Shown: positions 1 through 9,357 of the stretch, one piece after another
Numbering within the stretch: position 1 is the first letter of the stretch
Layout of the letters: every line of letters begins with the position of its first letter
NCBI GenBank assembly: GCA_012840245.1
Contig: DULR01000075.1
Coordinates: 18,701-82,700, forward strand
Length of the DNA stretch: 64,000 nucleotides
Source: Clostridiaceae bacterium
GTDB lineage: Bacteria; Bacillota; Clostridia; DSM-8532
Direction: 5' to 3'
Notes under the pieces: generated by a model
Told to the model about the DNA's origin: nothing
The model's input: the letters and a program-made list of their open reading frames with translations, nothing else
The model's database searches: none
Program-made: the position numbers and the translations under genes

Positions 1-450
1 TTCACATGGGATGTCATGCAGGCGTCGCAGGTTTCCTACGACAGATTCATAGAGGGAGCTCTGCAGCATAAGGAAGGGACTGCCGTCATACCAAAGGACG
101 TCCTTGATTCATTCCTGGCTGATTTTGAAGATGCGATAAATGACGATCTGAATATTCCCAAGGCATTGGGAATTGCCTGGAACATGGTCCGTTATCCCGA
201 AAAATCAAATGATATATATAACCTGCTTTTAAAGACCGATACCATATTCGGGCTGGGAATAAAGGATGCCGAAAGCAAGGCTCAGGATCAGCCCCAGCTG
301 GATGCCGAGATCGAACGCCTTATAGAAGAAAGGCAGCAGGCCCGCAAGGAAAAGAACTGGAAGCTTGCTGACGAATTACGCGACAAACTCAAGACCATGG
401 GCATCGAGCTTATGGATACGCCTCAGGGAGTCAAGTGGAAAAAGATCTAG
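1..450 (+). CDS. cysS: Cysteine--tRNA ligase, C-terminal fragment (starts upstream of the window)
   Basis: Frame 1 is open from base 1. The C-terminal motif ...ERQQARKEKNWKLADELRDKL...GIELMDTPQGVKWK is typical of the CysS anticodon-binding end. Confidence 0.8.
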   Translation, partial: FTWDVMQASQVSYDRFIEGALQHKEGTAVIPKDVLDSFLADFEDAINDDLNIPKALGIAWNMVRYPEKSNDIYNLLLKTDTIFGLGIKDAESKAQDQPQLDAEIERLIEERQQARKEKNWKLADELRDKLKTMGIELMDTPQGVKWKKI

Positions 451-473
451 AGTAACAGGAAAGAGGAAGAAAA

Positions 474-1838
474 ATGGCCAAACTTCGCAGTAAATATGTT
501 TGCAGCGAATGTGGATATGAGAGCAGCGGCTGGCTGGGAAAATGCCCTTCGTGTCAGAAATGGAACACTCTCCTGGAGGAAGTCTATGAAGAATCTTCTT
601 CGCAGACCTTTAAAACCGCCGATCAGCCTCTGCCCGAAATAATGCCTCTTTCTGAAATTGAGATCCCCGAGACTCTGAGAATAAAGACCGGAAGCATGGA
701 GCTGGATCGCGTGCTGGGAGGAGGACTCGTCCCGGCATCACTTATCCTGATAGGCGGAGAGCCGGGAATCGGCAAATCCACCCTTATACTTCAGGTATGT
801 GCCGGTATAGCCAGATCGGGCAAGGTACTATATGTTTCGGGCGAAGAATCTGTCGGTCAGATAAAGCTTCGGGCCGACAGGCTTAACGCAGTGAGCCCGT
901 CTGTTTTCATGGTTTCCGAGACATCCTTCGAACGTATCGAAAGACTTATAGAAAAGGAAAAACCCAATTTTGTCGTCATAGATTCCATTCAGACCGTTTA
1001 TTCCGAAATGCTGTCGTCAGCGCCGGGAAGCGTAAGCCAGGTCCGGGACGTCACGGCAAGGCTATTGAGGATCTCAAAGAAAAACGGCATCACTGTTTTT
1101 GTCGTGGGACATGTCACCAAAGAAGGCGCTATTGCCGGTCCCAGAGTGCTGGAGCACATGGTCGACACGGTTTTATACTTCGAGGGAGAGCGCCATCAGG
1201 ACTTCAGGATATTGAGAGCGGTAAAAAACCGCTTTGGTTCGACCAATGAAATAGGTATTTTTGAAATGAGTTCATCGGGGCTGAAGGATATATCAAATCC
1301 TTCAGGTCTTATGCTTGAGGGAAGGGCGAAGGATCAGGCCGGTTCAGCTGTGGTAGGTCTTATGGAAGGAACCCGGCCCATGCTTGTGGAGGTACAGGCA
1401 CTCGTATGTCCCACCAGCTTCGGTATGCCGAGAAGACAGGCTACCGGTATGGACTACAACCGTATGACCATGTTGATGGCAGTTCTGGAAAAAAAGGTGG
1501 GTATGCAGCTTAATGCCTTTGACGCATACCTGAATGTGGCAGGCGGATTCAAACTGGATGAGCCTGCTGCCGATCTGGGCGTAGTTGCTGCCATTGCCTC
1601 CAGCTTCAGAAATAAAGCACTTGATCCGTCAACAGTATTCTTCGGAGAAGTTGGTCTGACCGGTGAGGTCAGAGCAGTAAATCAGATGGACAAAAGAATA
1701 ACCGAATGCCTCCGCCTTGGGTTTAAAAAATGCATAGTTCCTGTCCTGGGAAAGAATACTGTGTCAGGTCTGGAAAAGGGCATAGATATAGTAATGGTGT
1801 CAACAGTCGATCAAGCCCTTTCGGAAGCTCTACCTTAA
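474..1838 (+). CDS. radA: DNA repair protein RadA/Sms
   Basis: N-terminal zinc ribbon CSECGYES...CPSCQKWNT, Walker A GGEPGIGKST, a KNRFG motif and a Lon-like C-terminal domain. RBS AGAGGAAG sits upstream. Confidence 0.95.
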   Translation: MAKLRSKYVCSECGYESSGWLGKCPSCQKWNTLLEEVYEESSSQTFKTADQPLPEIMPLSEIEIPETLRIKTGSMELDRVLGGGLVPASLILIGGEPGIGKSTLILQVCAGIARSGKVLYVSGEESVGQIKLRADRLNAVSPSVFMVSETSFERIERLIEKEKPNFVVIDSIQTVYSEMLSSAPGSVSQVRDVTARLLRISKKNGITVFVVGHVTKEGAIAGPRVLEHMVDTVLYFEGERHQDFRILRAVKNRFGSTNEIGIFEMSSSGLKDISNPSGLMLEGRAKDQAGSAVVGLMEGTRPMLVEVQALVCPTSFGMPRRQATGMDYNRMTMLMAVLEKKVGMQLNAFDAYLNVAGGFKLDEPAADLGVVAAIASSFRNKALDPSTVFFGEVGLTGEVRAVNQMDKRITECLRLGFKKCIVPVLGKNTVSGLEKGIDIVMVSTVDQALSEALP

Positions 1839-2234
1839 ACTGAATTTCCCCAGCAGCTGAAGCCGCTCATTTTCTTTTATGATTATATCGTAAAGATTCA
1901 AATCAAGGCTGTTGCACAGGGTTGTCAGATAAAACAGGTGACGCCCGATTTCCTTTTCGATTATATCCCGGCAGCTGGGGCATAGTTTTCCTTCCAGATG
2001 GGAGCTCAGTGAAGCCTTGATTTTGTCAAAATCCATATCTTCGGGAAACTCTTGCTTGCATGCATTGATCTTTATGCAGCCACAATGGGTGACAGCTTTG
2101 GAAACAGCCCTGTTTATGCGGGAATTTGTATCCGAAAGCTTGGTCATCTCATCCAGAATGCTTTTGTTTCGGACCAAAAGTTCTGACACTGCATATTGAA
2201 AGCTGTCTAATGCTGTATCTTTCATTTTGCTCAT
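1830..2234 (-). CDS. Hypothetical cysteine-rich protein (about 134 aa)
   Basis: ORF with GGAGG 5 nt upstream of the ATG at MSKMKD. Contains HCGCIKINAC and CPSC motifs. I do not recognise the family. The stop codon region overlaps the radA 3' end by 9 nt (convergent). Confidence 0.55.
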   Translation of the reverse strand: MSKMKDTALDSFQYAVSELLVRNKSILDEMTKLSDTNSRINRAVSKAVTHCGCIKINACKQEFPEDMDFDKIKASLSSHLEGKLCPSCRDIIEKEIGRHLFYLTTLCNSLDLNLYDIIIKENERLQLLGKFSLR

Positions 2235-2355
2235 ATTGACCTCCATTTTTCGGCACAATTCACCTTATGTCTGATAATGCAATCCAAGGCTGAACGCTAG
2301 AAAATATTAGGCTTAAAACAATTATATTTACACAATTGTAAGTTTGTCAACGTCC

Positions 2356-2384
2356 TTGACGTTTAAATATTTGTATGTTATGAT
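2356..2384 (+). promoter_or_regulatory. Sigma-A type promoter for the metK leader
   Basis: TTGACG (2356-2361), a 17-nt spacer, then TATGAT (2379-2384), about 25 nt upstream of the riboswitch. Confidence 0.55.
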
Positions 2385-2406
2385 TTTTTCAAAATTAATA
2401 AAAAAA

Positions 2407-2512
2407 CCTTATCAAGAGAGGTAGAGGGACTGGGCCCGATGAAACCCGGCAACCGGCCAAGAAAGGCAATGGTGCCAATTCCCGCAGGATTTATGATCCT
2501 GACAGATGAGGA
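2407..2512 (+). promoter_or_regulatory. SAM-I (S-box) riboswitch aptamer
   Basis: Hallmark S-box strings CTTATCAAGAGAGGTAGAGGGACTGGCCCGATGAAACCCGGCAACC ... GGTGCCAATTCC ... AGATGAG. P1 pairs CTTATC with GATGAG. It lies upstream of metK. Confidence 0.9.
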
Positions 2513-2523
2513 ACTATGTATTT

Positions 2524-2552
2524 AAAGTCTCTTCGTCTGAAGAGATTTTTTT
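2524..2552 (+). terminator. Riboswitch expression-platform intrinsic terminator
   Basis: Stem TCTCTTC/GAAGAGA (2528-2534 with 2539-2545), loop GTCT, followed by T7. Confidence 0.85.
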
Positions 2553-2592
2553 AGTTTTGGGGCATGCAGCCGGAAGAAAGATATTTCACTAT

Positions 2593-2654
2593 GTCATTCT
2601 GAAGGAGCGGAGCGACTGAAGAATCTTTAGATCCTTCGCTGCGCTCAGGATGAC
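2593..2654. repeat. Family A repeat pair (one direct and one inverted GTCATYCT...AGRATC unit) forming a hairpin
   Basis: gtcattctgaaggagcggagcgactgaagaatc (2593-2625) is followed by gatccttcgctgcgctcaggatgac (2630-2654), which is an inverted unit. The first 33-mer recurs with 2 mismatches at 56914-56946. Confidence 0.8.
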
Positions 2655-2699
2655 ATTGAGGTACCAGACACCAAAATATATGAAAGCGAGGTTTTTATA

Positions 2700-3890
2700 A
2701 TGCCAAGAAGACTGTTTACATCAGAGTCGGTCACTGAAGGTCATCCTGATAAGATATGCGATAACATATCCGATGCAATATTGGATGCCATCATTGAAAA
2801 GGATCCGAATGCCAGGGTCGCCTGCGAGACGGCGGTAACTACCGGAATGGTCCTGGTTATTGGTGAGATAACGACGGAGTGTTATGTTGATATACCGAAA
2901 ATTGTCAGAGAGACCATACGGGACATAGGATACGACAGGGCAAAATATGGCTTCGATTGCGATACATGCGCCGTAATAACCTCCATCGACGAGCAATCGC
3001 CTGATATAGCCATGGGAGTGAATGAAGCCCTTGAAAAGAAAAAGAGTCAGATGGACAACGGCATAGAAGCCATAGGCGCAGGTGACCAGGGCATGATGTT
3101 CGGATATGCCTGTGATGAAACTCCGGAGTTGATGCCTATGCCTGTCCTGCTGGCCCATAAGCTTACCGCAAGGCTTGCCGAAGTTAGGAAAAAGGGAATA
3201 CTCGGTTATCTCAGGCCCGATGGAAAGAGCCAGGTCACGGTCGAATACGACGGGGACAAGCCTGTACGTGTCGACACTGTTGTAATATCGTCACAGCACA
3301 GTGAAGATGCAGAGCATGACCAGATAGAAAGAGACATCATCGAGCATGTGATAAAACCTGTTATTCCTGCTGAATTCCTGGACAGCAATACAAAATACTA
3401 TATCAATCCCACCGGACGGTTTGTTGTAGGAGGACCGAAGGGAGATTCGGGATTGACCGGAAGGAAAATAATCGTGGATACCTACGGCGGTATGGGAAGA
3501 CATGGCGGTGGCGCATTTTCGGGGAAAGATCCGACAAAGGTTGACCGTTCGGCCGCCTATGCCGCAAGGTATGTTGCCAAAAACATCGTTGCTGCCGGAT
3601 TGGCATCCAGAGTCGAGGTTCAGCTGGCTTACGCCATTGGTGTCGCCCGACCCGTTTCCATCCTTATCGATACTTTCGGAACAGGAAAGATATCGGATGA
3701 GAAAATATCTGAAATCGTCTCGAAGGTGTTTGATTTAAGACCTGCAGCCATAATAAAGATGCTGGACTTAAGAAGGCCTATCTACAGAAAAACAGCCTCT
3801 TACGGCCACTTCGGAAGAAATGATCCTGATTTTACATGGGAACGCACTGACAAAGCCGATATACTGAGAAAAGAAGCGGGTCTGGCATGA
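2700..3890 (+). CDS. metK: S-adenosylmethionine synthase
   Basis: [28 protein letters not shown] and [16 protein letters not shown] motifs. 396 aa. Confidence 0.97.
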   Translation: MPRRLFTSESVTEGHPDKICDNISDAILDAIIEKDPNARVACETAVTTGMVLVIGEITTECYVDIPKIVRETIRDIGYDRAKYGFDCDTCAVITSIDEQSPDIAMGVNEALEKKKSQMDNGIEAIGAGDQGMMFGYACDETPELMPMPVLLAHKLTARLAEVRKKGILGYLRPDGKSQVTVEYDGDKPVRVDTVVISSQHSEDAEHDQIERDIIEHVIKPVIPAEFLDSNTKYYINPTGRFVVGGPKGDSGLTGRKIIVDTYGGMGRHGGGAFSGKDPTKVDRSAAYAARYVAKNIVAAGLASRVEVQLAYAIGVARPVSILIDTFGTGKISDEKISEIVSKVFDLRPAAIIKMLDLRRPIYRKTASYGHFGRNDPDFTWERTDKADILRKEAGLA

Positions 3891-3907
3891 TGAGATGATG
3901 CTTATTG

Positions 3908-4960
3908 TCAGCTTATTATATCAACTACGAATACTGTGGGGTTGTTGCGAAGATCGATTTCATAAGGATCAAATATCGGGGGACCGTCCTTTCTGGTGAT
4001 GACCGAAACCCTGGGCCGCATCGAGGCGATCCCCTTTGACGGCAGTACCCGGGCAACTTCCCCCGTATTCAGAAGGACTATTATATCCTGCGGATACACA
4101 GCTATGTTATCTATAAAGCATTGCAATATCTTCGGATCAAACTGGCATTCATTCTGAGCCATCAGATACTCTGCGGCCTCATGGGGCATGAATCGTTTTC
4201 TGTAAACCCGGTTGGCAGTAAGAGCATCATATACGTCGGCTATGCTGATGATCCGTGCTCCCAGCTCGATGTCGTATGATTTGAGCCCCATGGGATAGCC
4301 TGAGCCATCCCATTTTTCATGATGCTGGCATATGATTTTTCCGATTTTCTGATTCAGCCCGGGGAGCTGGTTCACGATCTCAAGACCGTTTATCGTATGC
4401 CTCTTCATTATCTCGAACTCTTCGTATGTAAGTTTTCCCGGTTTATTCAGTATTGACAGCGGGATCTTGCACTTGCCCACGTCATGCAGGATAGCAGCCA
4501 AAGCCAGTTCATGGATCTCATCATAACTCATTCCCAGAGCCCTGGCCGTTATTACGGAATATATGCATACATCAACGCTGTGAAGAAATGTATAGTTATC
4601 GATATCCCTGATCCCGGTAAGTGTCATGAAGACCATGTCATCATTAAGGATATGCTGCACCATATCATTGACAGTTTCTTTCAGTGATGTGATGTCAACT
4701 TCCTGGTCGTACCTGATGCATTCCATGATTTCCTTGATGTTGGTAAAAGCGTCTTCATATACGCGTTCTTCACTGATTTCTTCCGGATCGACCATTGTGT
4801 CCTCAACACTTATATATGGTACCTTGTAGGCTTCCAGTTTTTTTATGTATCTCGGCTTTATGGTGAAGCCTTTTAATAGTAGAATACGTCCGTCATCAAG
4901 CACCACATCTTTCGCCAGTTTCATCCCTGCTTTTACTTCGCTGAGTGCAATTTTCTGCAT
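3908..4960 (-). CDS. HD-GYP domain c-di-GMP phosphodiesterase family protein
   Basis: HDVGK ... HHEKWDGSGYP motifs. N-terminal non-catalytic domain. RBS GGGGGA upstream. Confidence 0.9.
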   Translation of the reverse strand: MQKIALSEVKAGMKLAKDVVLDDGRILLLKGFTIKPRYIKKLEAYKVPYISVEDTMVDPEEISEERVYEDAFTNIKEIMECIRYDQEVDITSLKETVNDMVQHILNDDMVFMTLTGIRDIDNYTFLHSVDVCIYSVITARALGMSYDEIHELALAAILHDVGKCKIPLSILNKPGKLTYEEFEIMKRHTINGLEIVNQLPGLNQKIGKIICQHHEKWDGSGYPMGLKSYDIELGARIISIADVYDALTANRVYRKRFMPHEAAEYLMAQNECQFDPKILQCFIDNIAVYPQDIIVLLNTGEVARVLPSKGIASMRPRVSVITRKDGPPIFDPYEIDLRNNPTVFVVDIIS

Positions 4961-5064
4961 GCATATCCCCCGTGATTAACATACTGCTTGTTCTTTTCAT
5001 ATTATAAATTAAGCACTATAAAGGCATATTCGGTCACTTTGCGCTACCGGATAATCCTTCAATC

Positions 5065-5430
5065 ATGGAGCAGCCAATGGAAGTAATTTTGCTGACATTA
5101 TTGTCTGGTTTTGCTTTTGCAGGTATAGCGTTCACTGTAATATATCTGGTTAGCTCTTATAAATCCAGATTCCCAGACAATGGAATAAAACTAATATTAT
5201 ATATACCCAGTAATTCAGCGTCAAAACTTGAAGGACTGATAAGACAGATCTACTGCGAAGGGATACCTGAGAAATTCATGACAGACGGCAAGATTTATCT
5301 TATTATTTCGCCGCAGGATGAGGAAGCAATGGGAATACTGGAGAGGCTGAAAAAAATGTATCCGATAGAAGTGTTGCCTGAGCAGGTGTCCTATTGTATG
5401 ATAACAAGAGAGAAATATGTTAATGATTGA
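5065..5430 (+). CDS. Hypothetical small membrane-anchored protein
   Basis: One N-terminal TM helix (ILLTLLSGFAFAGIAFTVIYLV). The stop overlaps the recD2 start (TTGA). An alternative start at 5077 has a better GGAG. Confidence 0.5.
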   Translation: MEQPMEVILLTLLSGFAFAGIAFTVIYLVSSYKSRFPDNGIKLILYIPSNSASKLEGLIRQIYCEGIPEKFMTDGKIYLIISPQDEEAMGILERLKKMYPIEVLPEQVSYCMITREKYVND

Positions 5431-7682
5431 CAGGTGCGACAGTGGAAGAGATAAGCGGGATAGTAAGCTCAATCCGGTATTCAAATGAAAAGACCGGCTA
5501 TACGGTGTGCGATCTTAAATCCGACGATAATAAAAATATAACCCTGGTGGGGATCATGCCCCTTTTGGCTGAAGGTGAGAGCATCATTGCTGCAGGAGAA
5601 TTCGTGGTTCATCCTGATTATGGCCGTCAGTTCGCAGTACGGCGGTGTGAAAGGAAGGAACCGACCAGGGAAGATTCGATAATGAAGTATCTTTCAAGCG
5701 GATTTATAAAGGGCATGGGCGCTTCGACCGCAAAAAAGATCGTTGATCATTTCAGGGAGGAAACATTTGAGGTTCTCAAATATGAGCCATACAGACTTAC
5801 CGAAATAAAAGGCATATCTCCTGAACGGGCTCTCTATTTCGGACAAGCTTTCCTGGAACATGACAGGATGCGCAATCTGGTAATGCTTGTCCAAAGTTAC
5901 GGGATTTCTTCCGGCATTGCGGCAAGACTTTGGAATAAATATGGAACAGAGGCTGAGGAGGAGATCCGGAAAAACCCTTACCTGCTGTCTGAAAGTGACA
6001 TAGGCTTAAGTTTCCAGGCATGCGACAGGATCGCTCTTTCATCAGGGTTTGAGCCTTATTCCAAAGAGAGGCTTAAAGGTGCTGTCAAGTATGTTTTGTG
6101 GGAATCGATATCAGATGGCCACACTTATATACCCATGGAAGAACTTTTGAAAGCAGGAGTCAAACTGACCGGTGCGGCGGAAGAATACCTGCAGGATGCC
6201 ATAGACGCTTTGCGCCTGGAAGGTCTGATTGCCGCTGAAAGGCAGCATCCGGACAGAATATATGCAGAAGAACTGATGGAAGCTGAAAGATATTGTGCCC
6301 GGAAACTGTCACTGATGAACAAAAGAAGGGATGAGAGCTGGATAGAACAGGGCGAAGAGCTTGTCGAAAAATATGAGAAAGAGCTTGACATATATCTTGA
6401 CGATATCCAGAAGGAAGCTGTAATTTGTGCTTTATCGAATAATGTGTCGGTTATAACCGGAGGTCCCGGAACAGGTAAAACAACCATTATAAGAACATTG
6501 ATAAAGATCTTTGAGGAAAAGGGACTCAAGACAATGTTGACAGCGCCGACCGGAAGGGCAGCCAAGCGGATCAGCGAGACCTCCGGATATGAAGCCAGGA
6601 CCATACACAGGCTGCTGGAGGTCGGCTACAGTATAGAGAACAACGAACGCCCATATTTTATGCGCGATGAGGACAACCCTGTAGAAGCCGATGTGCTGAT
6701 CATTGATGAAGCCTCCATGATCGATATCACTATAATGAATGCATTACTCAGAGCTCTGCCCCATGATACGCGGCTGGTTCTGGTGGGAGATTCGGACCAG
6801 CTGCCGTCGGTAGGACCGGGGAAAGTCCTTTCGGACATCATCACCAGCAATGCTTTCCCGGTGGTCAGGCTCAAAACCATATTCAGGCAGACCGAGCAAA
6901 GCAGCATAATATCCAATGCTCATCTGATAAATATGGGACAGATGCCTGAGCTGAATCATGATGAGGGAGACTTTTACTTCATCACCAAGCTGGGCGGCAG
7001 GAGTGTAAATGAGTGCATAATCGAGCTTTGCTCAAATAAGATCCCCGAGCAGTTCGGGTTTGATCCTATCAGAGATATTCAGGTCCTTTCGCCCATGAAG
7101 AAGGGCGAAACCGGAGTGCGTCAGCTGAACGTGATTTTGCAGCAGGTCCTCAATCCCGAAAAGGAAGGAAAGCCTCAGAAGGCATTCGGCAATACCATAT
7201 TCCGCCTTGGTGACAGGGTCATGCAGATTCGCAACGACTATGCCATGCCCTGGACCCAATATGATGAAAAAGGTCTTTTTTCAGAGGGTCTGGGGGTATA
7301 TAACGGGGACTTGGGAATCATTGAAGACATCGACATGAAGGCTGAGCTCATAACAGTAAGGTTTGACGACAACAGGGTCGCCGAATACAGCTTCGACAAG
7401 GCCGACAGTCTTGAGCACGCTTTTGCAATCACAGTCCATAAAAGTCAGGGAACAGAGTTTCCCGTTGTCGTGATACCGCTTTCCGGCGTACCAAAAAGTC
7501 TCGTTTGCAGGAAGATCCTGTACACTGCCGTAACAAGGGCCAGAAAGCTGGTGGTTTTGGTGGGAAGCCCTGAAATCATGGAAGAAATGATCGGGAATGA
7601 AAACGAAAAGGACCGGTACTCCGGTTTAAGGGAGAGGCTGAGTGAAAACAGGATCCTGTATGAAACCCATTTCCTTGATTGA
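5427..7682 (+). CDS. recD2: RecD2-type SF1 ATP-dependent DNA helicase
   Basis: Walker A GGPGTGKTT, DEASMID, VGDSDQLPSVGPG and C-terminal TVHKSQGTEF...YTAVTRA motifs. N-terminal OB/HhH region typical of RecD2. The TTG start is uncertain. Confidence 0.9.
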   Translation: MTGATVEEISGIVSSIRYSNEKTGYTVCDLKSDDNKNITLVGIMPLLAEGESIIAAGEFVVHPDYGRQFAVRRCERKEPTREDSIMKYLSSGFIKGMGASTAKKIVDHFREETFEVLKYEPYRLTEIKGISPERALYFGQAFLEHDRMRNLVMLVQSYGISSGIAARLWNKYGTEAEEEIRKNPYLLSESDIGLSFQACDRIALSSGFEPYSKERLKGAVKYVLWESISDGHTYIPMEELLKAGVKLTGAAEEYLQDAIDALRLEGLIAAERQHPDRIYAEELMEAERYCARKLSLMNKRRDESWIEQGEELVEKYEKELDIYLDDIQKEAVICALSNNVSVITGGPGTGKTTIIRTLIKIFEEKGLKTMLTAPTGRAAKRISETSGYEARTIHRLLEVGYSIENNERPYFMRDEDNPVEADVLIIDEASMIDITIMNALLRALPHDTRLVLVGDSDQLPSVGPGKVLSDIITSNAFPVVRLKTIFRQTEQSSIISNAHLINMGQMPELNHDEGDFYFITKLGGRSVNECIIELCSNKIPEQFGFDPIRDIQVLSPMKKGETGVRQLNVILQQVLNPEKEGKPQKAFGNTIFRLGDRVMQIRNDYAMPWTQYDEKGLFSEGLGVYNGDLGIIEDIDMKAELITVRFDDNRVAEYSFDKADSLEHAFAITVHKSQGTEFPVVVIPLSGVPKSLVCRKILYTAVTRARKLVVLVGSPEIMEEMIGNENEKDRYSGLRERLSENRILYETHFLD

Positions 7683-8334
7683 GAGAATTATAAGGCTGTT
7701 ATACCCTGCAAAATGTATGGTCTGCGAAACGATACTGAAGGAGGAATCGACAGCCTTTATATGCGAAAGCTGCAAAAAAGACCTGAAACGATATGGCAGA
7801 GGATTCTTCAGGGCAGCGGAGCTTCCCTATATCGACGGTCTTTTTGCCGCTTTTAATTACATTGACGGTATAGAGACGGCCATACATGCATTCAAATTCA
7901 AAAACCAGCCCAGGTTGTCGGAGACCATAGGAGGACTTTTGTCAGAGGAGCTTAGTAAGTATGGCGTCCTTCCTGGGTTTGACTACATCGTTCCCGTTCC
8001 CATGCACCCCAGAAAAAAGCGGCAGAGGGGATATAACCAGTCCGAGCTGATCGCAAGGCAACTGGGAGAATTTTTGAATATGGAAGTCAGAACCGACATC
8101 CTAAAAAAAACACGGTATACACGTCCCCAAAGCAAGCTCAAAAGAAATGACAGATTGCATAACCTTGAAGGGGCATTTTCGGTAAGCCCGGACGTTTTTG
8201 TCGAAGGGAAAAGAATATTATTGGTAGATGACGTATTAACGACTGGTACAACTATAAACACTTGTGCTAAAATATTAAAGGATAAAGGGGTAAATATGAT
8301 TTACGGAATTGTTATCGCAATTGCCGAAAAATGA
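7642..8334 (+). CDS. comFC: ComF family protein (phosphoribosyltransferase fold)
   Basis: N-terminal CxxC...CxxC zinc finger and C-terminal PRTase loop LLVDDVLTTGTT. GTG start with GGGAGAGG upstream. Overlaps the recD2 end by 41 nt. Confidence 0.85.
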   Translation: MKTGSCMKPISLIERIIRLLYPAKCMVCETILKEESTAFICESCKKDLKRYGRGFFRAAELPYIDGLFAAFNYIDGIETAIHAFKFKNQPRLSETIGGLLSEELSKYGVLPGFDYIVPVPMHPRKKRQRGYNQSELIARQLGEFLNMEVRTDILKKTRYTRPQSKLKRNDRLHNLEGAFSVSPDVFVEGKRILLVDDVLTTGTTINTCAKILKDKGVNMIYGIVIAIAEK

Positions 8335-8378
8335 CGATATTATAGTTGAAACAGTGCATAATTTGGGGGAGGTATGTT

Positions 8379-8822
8379 ATGCCCGAAGTAATGAATTGCA
8401 GAAGATGCAGAAAAATATTTATGTACTCGGGTACGGGACCTAAAATTTGCGAGTCATGCAAAAAGCTTGAGGAGGAAGAATTTGAAAAGGTAAGAGCTTT
8501 TGTGCGTGAATTTCCCGGTGCTACCGCACAGGAGGTTTCCAGAGAGACCGGAGTACCGACTCAGCTGATTTACCGCTTCCTGAAGGAAGGACGTTTGGAG
8601 GTATCGGAATCAAGCCCCATCGCATTGCAGTGTGAAAACTGCGGAGTCAGAATAAAAAGCGGACGCTTTTGTGTACAATGCTCCAAAAAGCTGGCGACCG
8701 ATATGATCAGGATGGGTAGAACATTGAGCGAAACCGTTCAAAAATCATCCGAACAATTGACGAAGGAAACGGCAGGGTTGCGCTATCTGCATGGCGAAAG
8801 AAAAGAAACGAAAGAGAAGTAA
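8379..8822 (+). CDS. yvyF: Flagellar operon protein, YvyF-like (zinc ribbon - wHTH - zinc ribbon)
   Basis: CRRC...CESC, an HTH-like segment (ATAQEVSRETGVPTQLIYRFLKEGRL), then CENC...CVQC. It occupies the position of B. subtilis yvyF between comFC and flgM. RBS GGGGGAGG. Confidence 0.8.
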   Translation: MPEVMNCRRCRKIFMYSGTGPKICESCKKLEEEEFEKVRAFVREFPGATAQEVSRETGVPTQLIYRFLKEGRLEVSESSPIALQCENCGVRIKSGRFCVQCSKKLATDMIRMGRTLSETVQKSSEQLTKETAGLRYLHGERKETKEK

Positions 8823-8861
8823 ACATTTATAATTTTGATCCAGGGAAATAAAAAAACCTGT

Positions 8862-8888
8862 TAAGCGGCTATTGATTACTGACGATAT
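8862..8888 (+). promoter_or_regulatory. Candidate sigma-D (sigma-28) promoter upstream of flgM
   Basis: TAAG-N15-GACGATAT compared with the consensus TAAA-N15-GCCGATAT. Confidence 0.5.
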
Positions 8889-8978
8889 AAAACATATCAG
8901 AATATAAACCATCATTTCACAAAAGATTAATGTGCTGAAAAGTTCCAGCAAATGCGATAATTATAGGAGAGGTAAAAT

Positions 8979-9266
8979 ATGAAGATTTGGGGAAATATTC
9001 CCAAGGTATCGGGTGTCTACGGGAATTCCGGCAAGATCAACAGGCCTTCCAGGGTTGGAGAGGTATCATCAAAGAAGGATGAATTCTCAATATCCGGAAC
9101 AGCAAAAGATTTTACCAATGTTATGAGGATATTAAGGCAGATTCCCGATATTCGGCAGGACAGGGTGAATGAGATCAAGCAAAAAATCGAAAGCGGACAG
9201 TATTCTGTACAGGCATCGGATGTGGCAGAAAAAATCGTAGAATCACTTGAAGCAAAGAAAATATGA
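8979..9266 (+). CDS. flgM: Anti-sigma-28 factor FlgM
   Basis: 95 aa. C-terminal RQDRVNEIKQKIESGQYSVQASDVAEKI is typical of FlgM. Synteny supports the call. Confidence 0.9.
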   Translation: MKIWGNIPKVSGVYGNSGKINRPSRVGEVSSKKDEFSISGTAKDFTNVMRILRQIPDIRQDRVNEIKQKIESGQYSVQASDVAEKIVESLEAKKI

Positions 9267-9278
9267 CAGCAGAAAAAA

Positions 9279-9313
9279 ACGGAATAACCAAAAGGTTATT
9301 CCGTTTTTATTTT
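9279..9313 (+). terminator. Intrinsic terminator after flgM
   Basis: 11-bp stem ACGGAATAACC/GGTTATTCCGT with loop AAAA, followed by TTTTTATTTT. Confidence 0.8.
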
Positions 9314-9315
9314 AT

Positions 9316-9323
9316 GCCGATAT
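9316..9323 (+). promoter_or_regulatory. Perfect sigma-D -10 box (GCCGATAT) with no good -35
   Basis: Exact GCCGATAT immediately after the flgM terminator. The -35 position reads TATT/TTAT rather than TAAA. Confidence 0.35.
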
Positions 9324-9327
9324 AAAA

Positions 9328-9357
9328 GTATAGGAATTGTTTTCACAATTCCTATAC
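9328..9357 (+). other. Perfect 13-bp hairpin in the flgN leader
   Basis: GTATAGGAATTGT tttc ACAATTCCTATAC. It is followed by the 12-nt palindrome AAAGGATCCTTT (9362-9373). Confidence 0.6.
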
